A DNA stretch of 64,000 nt from assembly GCA_951406725.2 (NCBI GenBank), contig OX597827.1, positions 37,386,001-37,450,000 of the forward strand, read 5' to 3'. Made by a program: the position numbers and the translations under genes. Below the pieces are notes generated by a model. It saw only the letters and a program-made list of their open reading frames with translations. It was not told where the DNA came from and did not search any database. This document shows, one piece after another, positions 55,289 to 64,000 of the stretch (positions within the stretch are counted from its first letter, which is position 1; every line of letters begins with the position of its first letter). The DNA is from Octopus vulgaris. Taxonomy: Eukaryota.

Positions 55289-56959
55289 TTCTCTGCTACA
55301 CAACCTTATCTCCTTCATAAACCCATTCCACTCAGATTGTTTCATCTCTCTCCTTACGTCCTGCTATTTACCCAATCCTTCCTCTCCAGAACTACAACTG
55401 TCTCGAATTTTCCTTCCACTCACATTGTTGTTGCTTAGCCAGCGTTGATTGAACAGCTTGTAATCAGAATCGTCCCAACCATGACCATCTCATCTGTTTT
55501 AGACATTGCTACATTGTCCATTGACACAGAATATCATTTGCAGGAGGAAATTTGGTTGCAACTTCTAGCAGGTCGTCTCCATTTATTTTTTTTTTCACAG
55601 ACATCAGTCTACGGTTGTCCCATATGAACATTAACGGCATTAATATTACCATTGTGACACATTTCCTGGTGTGACACTACCTGCACTGATCTCGCTATTG
55701 TGGAAGGGGCCGGCAAACGATATAGACTCTGTATTTTCTTCTCTGGCATATCAGTCTGGGAAGAGCTACAAAAAGATACAGGCATTATCTTTCGTTCTCT
55801 AGCATAAAAATCAGCATCTAAAACAAAGATTGCCAGGCTAATGCACCAAGACATCTATTTACGAAATAAGGAACGACAATAGAATCCATTTTTGAAACAT
55901 ATTTCTTTTAATAAAATGGCAACCATGTCCACCAAAAAGCAATTCCATTTGAGTTTAACAAAAATAGAAATAAAAAATGAAGCAATAATTTACACTATTT
56001 GAATATTTTCCTTTTTCCGTTCACATTCTTCGCAATTGACATCTGTTTGAGTGGGAAAGGAACCAGTCAACCAACTGGTGTGGCCAGCTTGAATCTCGTC
56101 GTTAATCCAACACGTCGTCCGTAAGCAAGATACTTTGCAATGCAAGTTCCCATGGTGCCGAAGTGGCATTACAAGTACAACGATTATTTGACAGAAGGTA
56201 TCAACGTGAAAGTGCAAGTATCCAGGTGTTGAAAAGTCCAAATTTATGAGTGTTTCGTAATCTTGCAATGCTGAGATCAAATCTCCTCACACACACACAC
56301 ACACTCACACACACGCATAACTGTATTTCAGCAGCATCCTGTCTCAACTCTTCAAAGATGCATTGTCTTCAAGTTTATGACAGGTAATGAACGATAAATG
56401 AATTAATTCTCATTCTTCTCTTTTATTTCTTATAGGCAAAATATTAAGACCAAGAGGGAGTTCTGTATAACTAAGGACCCGTGAATATTCCTGGATGCAC
56501 CTTGAATATATGAGAATGACATCGCTGTTCGTTTCATCCATGCAAATTAATATCTAAGTACCAGTACCGAGGTTGATTACAAGAATGATGCCTGTTCCAA
56601 TCTTTAGAAATTGGTTTTGTACTGAATTAAAGAATATCCTTAATATTTCTGTTATTTTTGGAATCGATAGAGCATCAGACAAAATCCATCACAGTAAATG
56701 ATCCGGCTTCTAACAGTCTGAGTTCAAATCTCGTCGGAATCAATCTTGCCTCTTTCATCCTTCCAAGGTCGAGTAATTAAAGTGTGAATCAAGTATTATG
56801 GTCGATTTTGTCGACTATCGTTGAGTGTCAACATGCAACGGGCTAACAGGATAGAGTAGACGCCAAATCTCCGTGAAAACACAGGGCTCCGACAACAGAT
56901 TAAGTGACACACTTGTTGGAGGTACACTGTTGTCACGTCAGTTTCTGTGACACCATGTA

Positions 56960-57052
<93 letters not shown>

Positions 57053-57633
57053 CGCTCTCCTTCCTGAAAACGAACTCTGCTAGAAGTGATAACTCAAACG
57101 AAAAATATTCTTATTGTTATTGGTATTAGTATTGTTAACTTTATGTGTTCACTGTTTTATTGCTTGGGAGGTAGGGGTAGTAGGGATTGGCACAGTCAGT
57201 AGAACGCCGGATAATATATCTTTTGGTAGTTAATTACATCATTTTACATTATGCGTTCAAATCTTACTGGCGTCGACTGTGAATTTCATATTTCAAGGTC
57301 CACAAAACAAAATTTTGAAAAAATATCAGTGACGTAGGTAGATTTAATCGAATATACCCATACCACCTCAAATATAAATTTAAATGTCAATTTGTTAGGA
57401 AGGAAGAAAAATATTTTAAACGTTCCTGCGTTTATAACAAACGTTAAGAAAATGTAACAGTATTTACACACGATTATTGAATGTTAGAGAGAAATTTAAT
57501 GCATGCGGCATTTTGTCTCAGACCAGAAGCCAGCTTGCTGATCGTTTAATGTTGTTTTTCTTGTGCTATTTGTGTCTTATTATTATTGTTGTTTGTTTGT
57601 TTTCCGTCAATGCTCTCCTACAACTTTAGTATA

Positions 57634-58098
57634 CTATACATGTGATATTGTATGTTTTTTAACAATTTTCATTGAAGTCTGTATCTGATTTTTTTCAATA
57701 TGTTTTTTACTTGACGTCACCGCTACCACAGTGTGATCGTATTTATCGTTCGGGTTTTCACACAAACAGTTCCAACAGAACTCTGACCACGTGCTATCTT
57801 CCCTTTGAATTCGATACATTCCGTTAGTGGCCAACGAAATCTTTCGCCCGTCCAAACTCATTTTCGAGACAGTACTTTCACTACTTTCTCGTCTCACTGG
57901 TAACGGAGAAGTATTCACAATAATTAAAGGAGGTTTCACTCGGAATATAAACCGGAAGAAACGGCTGATCTGGAAAACTGTGCTTCTTCGAATAAGAATA
58001 TACACCCAGGGATCAAGAATCTGATTGAGTGAAGCAAGTCGTATCACAAGTAAATCTTTGTTCTGTATTGATGTCAACTGGTTCACAAAGACATGGAT
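57634..58098 (-). CDS. Prostanoid (prostaglandin E2 EP4-like) GPCR, last exon (TM7 and C-tail)
   Basis: IRLASLNQILDPWVYILIR, the prostanoid-receptor TM7 signature with DPWxY; acceptor aaaacag|ATC, phase 0; TAG at 57634-57636. Confidence 0.85.
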   Translation of the reverse strand: MHVFVNQLTSIQNKDLLVIRLASLNQILDPWVYILIRRSTVFQISRFFRFIFRVKPPLIIVNTSPLPVRRESSESTVSKMSLDGRKISLATNGMYRIQREDSTWSEFCWNCLCENPNDKYDHTVVAVTSSKKHIEKNQIQTSMKIVKKHTISHV

Positions 58099-59450
58099 CT
58101 GTTTTGACAAAATGACAGCAGAAAAAGAAAAGATTATTAGAATTTATTGTCAATGTTTGTTTTATTATAACATGTTTAATAATCATTAATAGGAGGAGGA
58201 AAAGGAGGGGGAGGAAAAGGAGGAGGAGGAAAGGGGAAGGAAAAGGAAGGAGGAGGAGAAGAGTCATAATCGATTGGAAAGACACAATGTATTACTAGTA
58301 TTGTTACACAAATCGGCGAGAGCGCCTCAACACGATAAGTCGACTTGCAAGAAATATCGGTCTAAAATCTTAAGTTACTCGTTAAGTTCGCCTTGAAACA
58401 AACGAAACGATACACTGGAAAATGTTCTAGATACACAAAACGACAGTATGGTCGTAGATGGAACGCTTTAATCATAGGTTTGCTTAATCAGAGCTGACAT
58501 GAGGCTAAGCAACAACAACTGATAGTCATTTGCTCGACCGTAGAAGATGAAAGACAAACTGATCCCGGTAGGAGATTTGCACCTCAGAACCAGATGGTTA
58601 AAACTAAAAGTGTGACTATTTCTGTAAGTCTTTCAATGAGACTCTTTATGATATTAGTTCTCTGATGGGAGGCGAACTGGCAGAATCATTTGAATGTCAA
58701 CTAGAATGGCTTACGTCAGTATTTTGAAGGAGGTAAAATACCAGTCCAGGGTGGTAGATTGGCCAGATTGTTAGAATGTTAGACTGGATTCCTAGCGGCA
58801 CCTGTCTAGCTCTAAGCGTTCTGATTTCAAATCCCGTCTTCTGCCACAAAAAAAGACGAACAGACATAATTTTGTTAATTTATGATATACCACGAGAAAT
58901 AACTGCGAAGTCCTGCAGGGGAACATTTTGTAAAGGTTTTAGCTGTGTGTTACTTATGAATAAGGATTGTCTATGTAGTGTTGAGTCTTTCCTTGATATG
59001 TGCATTGGTTGTGTCTTGGTGCTGTCGAGGGAAACTACGTTGTTAGGCTCTCAGTGGAAACTACTTTCAAAATCTATATTTATGGAAGTGATATTTACGT
59101 GGCGAGATGTAGATGCTACATGTGTGGAAAAAGTTAAGGAGTGAAGAGTGATGTCACCTATATCGGTGTACGACTAGATGTGGGTGTGATTAGGAGTGAT
59201 AGTAAAAATATACAGAAGAGCATGCAAGGAACATATAGGAGATAACATGTGATGTAAGTATTATTTAAGCATAAGAGGCAAGACGAAGATAATATGTGGT
59301 ACATGTATACATGTTAAAAATATCCTTTAAGCTAAAATCATTTGATAACTCACGATACACATAGCAGATATTATGTAGTAGAGATATACGTTATAAATAT
59401 CACTTGAACCATACACAGCAGATAAAATGTGGTATAAATATATAACTTAC

Positions 59451-59731
59451 CATAAGAGGTAGATAACACGTGGTGAATATACATGTTATCATTATCAGTT
59501 GTACAACCATTTGTATTTCTGTGTAACGCCTACTGCTGGCAATCCTCCGTAATTTACCTGTACTCGAACTCACGACCGTCTGCTTACAACGGACGCTAAT
59601 GAGCTTGCGAAGGACAGCGATATTCAAGATAACTGTCGTTAAAATGGTCACAATACCTAAAATACTGTAGAGGAAGTTGAATACCATATTGATGGCTACT
59701 TTGCTATGGTAGTCGAAGAAGCACCATGTAC
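59451..59731 (-). CDS. Prostanoid EP4-like GPCR, penultimate exon (ECL2 to TM6)
   Basis: (P)GTWCFFD ECL2 signature and TEIQMVVQL..CYLPLM; ccag| acceptor and ATG|gtaagt donor in phase with the last exon; upstream exons not found in the window. Confidence 0.85.
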
Positions 59732-59809
59732 CTGGTGAGCGAAGAGAAACAAAACAAGATAACACATTATTAAAAGTGTTAATAATAAAATAGTTGAAAG
59801 AATTAACTA

Positions 59810-59870
59810 ACTCTGACCTAAAACTAACCCTAACCCTAAAACTAATCCCTACCCTAACTCTAACCCTAAC
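59810..59870 (-). repeat. Degenerate interstitial (TTAGGG)n; a second short run at about 61992-62014
   Basis: CTAACCCTAACCCTAA.. by direct reading. Confidence 0.7.
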
Positions 59871-60504
59871 GTGTGTGGACAGTGAAAAAATCTGATTAAA
59901 AACAATCAAGAATTTGTAAACGATATTGTCGGGGTCCCCGTATAATTAATAATACCTCACTGGTAAAAGTAAATTACCGCCCCTTGTATCGTCCGATATC
60001 TTTGTTTATATTCGCGAGTGCCCTTTTTTCCGTTTGTTTTATTTTTTAGTATAACATATTTAAAAATAGATGAATCTTTCTAATATTTTGCATACGTCTT
60101 TTATTTTGTATATATCTTCCATTTTCATAACTTTTTTTTAAAATTGCATTTCATTTTCTAGGAGAGGTGCGTTTCTAAAGGAGCGCCAAAGATGGATTAA
60201 AGATATGGAAAATTTAGCAATAAAAACGGAGGAGTTAAAAGCAACGGATTGGATAATACGGCGTCATGTATAAAGCTGTCCTCTTCTCTGTGTGTGTATG
60301 CGTAGACAAAGTATCACAATAAATCTTAGGCCAACATTTTATGCAATAGATAATATTCTATGTTATATACAATATATTTATAAATAGAGAAAGAGGTCAG
60401 CTGAACTAGTTGGAGTTTCAATAGAAACTGAATATCTTTTTTAACTGTTCACAGGGTTACTGCTTATGAATTCACTGTTTCAAAGTTTGAAGTAAACTGG
60501 ATAG

Positions 60505-60562
<58 letters not shown>

Positions 60563-60989
60563 TTATCGTTTACTTGTTTCAGTCATATAACTACGGCCAT
60601 GCTGGGGGCACTGCCTTGAAAGGATTTAGTAGAACAAATCGACCCCAATAGATTTTTTTAAAAGCCTGGTACTCATTCTATCTGTCTCTTTTTGCCAAAC
60701 CGCTCAGTTACAGGAACGTAAACACACCAATACCAGTTGTTAAGCGGTGTTTGGGGACAAACACAAGCATAAAGATACACATACATACACACAAACATAC
60801 ACACACACACACACACACACTTGCGACGGGCTTCTTACGGTTTCCGTCTACCAAGTCCATTCACAAGGCTTTGATCGGCCCGAGGCTATAGTAGAAGACA
60901 CTTGACCAAGGTGCCACGCAGTGAGACTGAACCCGGAACAATGCCATGTGATTGGGAAGCAAGCTTATCACCACACAGCCACGCCTGCG

Positions 60990-61054
<65 letters not shown>

Positions 61055-62157
61055 CTTTTTAGGCTAGTTCTATAACAGATTACTGGAACATTAACTGTGT
61101 TTTCTTTGAAGGCTACTGTAACACAAAATTTATCTATAAATTGTAGCAAGTACGAGATGTATAGACAGATGTAAACATCTTGGATTTATAGACACTATTT
61201 CAATATCTTCGTGCAGAGAAAAAGAGGGATTAGCTGGATACACGTATACAAGCCAGCAGCCCAGCCACAAGAAGAAGTTGTTTTAATTTCAGAGTGTACA
61301 ATTAAAGAAGTTTGTAATCTGACTTCAACATTTATGACCTGTCACCGCTATCTAGATGGTTGTTCGATCTGCTGGAAATAGCAACTAAATTTCTGTTGCA
61401 ACAAACCCTATAGTCTTCAACAAGGGGATGACGTATTGGCTGTAATGTAGTGCTAGAAATAAAACCGGATGGTCGTGGTTGGAAATCCTTTGATCGTAAG
61501 GCATTTAGTCAGAGGTAACTTGAAGCTAACATCAACAACAGCGACATCAACTCCCATATTTATTTATTTACTACCCACAAGGGGCTAAACACAGAGGGGA
61601 CAAACAAGGACAGACAAACGGATTAAGTCGATTACATCGACCCTAGTGCGTAACTTGTACTTAATTTATCGACCCCGAAAGGATGAAAGGCAAAGTCGAC
61701 CTCGGCAGAATTTGAACTCGGAACGTAACGACAGACGAGATACGGCTACGCATTTCGCCCGGCGTGCTAACGTTTCTGCCAGCTCGCCGCCTTATCAACT
61801 CCCATAGTAACCGTAACAAAAGTATAACAAGAACAACAACATAAAAAAGAGACAATGACGATAATGAGAAGAGGCAGAATCATGAGGAAAAAAAAGAAGG
61901 AAAGAAAAAAGAAAGACAAAAAAGAAAAACGAAAGAAAGAAAAGAATGACTATGAAATATAAAAAGAAAAATGAGAAAGAGGAAACTGACAGGTTAGGGT
62001 TAGGGTTAGGGTTAAAAAAGACAAAGATAGAAACAAAAACAAAAGCTTTGCAGGAAAAAGAAAGAAAATAGGTGAGAAAGGTTTAATGTAACAAGGAATG
62101 GAAGAGAAGCCAAAGAAAGAAAGAAAGAAAGAAAGAAAGAGAAAGAAAGAAAGAAAG

Positions 62158-62199
<42 letters not shown>

Positions 62200-62400
62200 G
62201 GAGAAAGAAAGAAAATGAGATAGATAGAGAGAGAGAGAGACAGACAGAGAGAGAGAGAGAGAAAGAGAGTGTCAATGAGTTGAAAAGCCAAAGTTGGAGC
62301 AAACAGCTGTTAGAGAAGTTAGGAAGAATTCAAAGAGTAGAAGTTTAAGAAAAACAGAAGAATTAGGGTAATGATGGAACAATAGTGTTACCCTCCACTA

Positions 62401-62472
<72 letters not shown>

Positions 62473-62803
62473 ACACATACACAAACACGCACGCATGCGT
62501 GGTACCCCGCAATATAAGTAACCTTGACTTCGCTGCATAACTGACCAATATAACCTTTTTAGGTTTTCTGAGAGAACAAATGAAAATAACGATGACTGTT
62601 ATTAGGAATTCCAGTAGGAACTGTTTTATATACTTAATATGATACTACAAGGATTGAACTATTAACCTCATCTTTTGTGCTGATATAATTGTTTGCTTGT
62701 TTGTTTTTTCACTTATTTGATTGTTTTTCAGTATATTCCAAAAATCTTTAGGTTTCGTATTTCTGCATATACAGTACCAGGCATTCACATCTACATACAT
62801 GCA

Positions 62804-62865
<62 letters not shown>

Positions 62866-62872
62866 TACGCAC

Positions 62873-62903
<31 letters not shown>

Positions 62904-64000
62904 TGTATGTTACCACTGTGTGGAACTTTGGGCAAGTGTCTTCTACTATATAGTCTCGAGCAGACCAAAGCCTTGTGAATGGATTTCGGAGACAGAAACT
63001 GAAAGAACCCCAACGTGTGTGTGTATTTGAGGGCGGGGTCTGCCTTTGTATCACTGTTTTTCCCCACCACTGCTTGACAATTAGTGTTGGTTTGTTTGCG
63101 TCCCCTCAACTTAACGGTTTGGCCAAACAGACCGATAGAATGAGTAACCGGCTTTTAAAAAAGTACCAAGGTCGATTCTTTCGAGTAAGAATTCTTGAAG
63201 GCGGTGCCCCAGCACGACCCTGCTGTCTAATAACTGAAGCAAGTAAAAGATAAAAGATATGAGTTAGACGTATATGTGCTAAATGCAACATATTCCGATT
63301 GATCTAATCCGAGGTACAATTCTACAAAATATTTAATCTATAGTTAATAGCAACACTTTGTTAAGATATTTAGAGTTGTGGCGTTAGTGAACTTGCTAAA
63401 TATGGAGCAGTGGTAAAGAAGTCGGAAAAAATGTGCCAAACAATTAAGAAAATACTTGTTTAGTGCCATTAAATGTTAAATACATGCTTAGTAATCATGT
63501 CTTTCTTTTAACCTCGCAGAGAAAATAGAGACCGTGTTTAAGCCATACGACTTTCAGGAGGCAGTGAAGAAATATTCAGTCAACTAATCGATTAGTTTCA
63601 GCTTTTGTTAAAACAATCGTCAGGATTCGATTACTATCCTCCGGTTGCTGAGAGAACGTAGAATAGGAACACAATTTTACAATGTTGATATGATCATTAA
63701 CGGGGATAAACCCATGAGAGAACTTTAAAAATAGCATGTGATCAGATTTGAAAGTAAACTCATGTGAATCTAAACTAGTCTTCACGTCAAGCATGCCGAA
63801 AAATGATGAAATCTAAATTCACCTCGATGTGTTGTTGCACGATATACACGTAACTTCGAGTAAGAACCTTGAAGTCCTCTAGTCTCCTATCTCAGTTAAT
63901 TTCCTTAATCATCACCATCTTTTTCCCGCCTTCCCTCTCTATTTCCTACTTTCCATCAGTCCCCCCCTCTCTCTCTCTTAGAAAAGGAGGAAATTACATT

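Noticed and set aside
59810-59870. Telomeric repeats as evidence of a chromosome end or fusion
   Set aside because: Short, degenerate and intronic; similar motifs occur inside the MITE at about 22445.

Overview
Repeat-rich eukaryotic (metazoan) DNA, dense in (TA)n/(CA)n microsatellites, tRNA-derived SINEs and decayed LINE, Penelope-like (PLE), mariner, Merlin, Helitron and Gypsy elements. The repeat landscape resembles an octopus genome (inference, not verified). Host genes: an intact intronless cytoplasmic cysteinyl-tRNA synthetase (minus, 28912-31110), the last two exons of a prostanoid/EP4-like GPCR (minus, 57634-59731), and two copies of a C3HC4 RING-finger gene tail with putative 22-nt and 13-nt microexons (about 2.2-3.0 kb and 17.0-17.8 kb). 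The main observation is a set of seven fold-back (inverted-repeat) elements from about six unrelated families, with PLE-like architecture, mostly inside (TA)n tracts. Most carry minimal type-I hammerhead-like motifs whose cores differ (CUGAUGA, CCGAAGA, UUGAAAA, GUGAACA) but keep Watson-Crick pairing at positions 3 and 8. One fold-back, a tRNA-SINE/hammerhead chimera, lies just downstream of the CARS stop codon. Most listed ORFs are microsatellite or antisense artefacts. Repeat boundaries were read by eye and are approximate.
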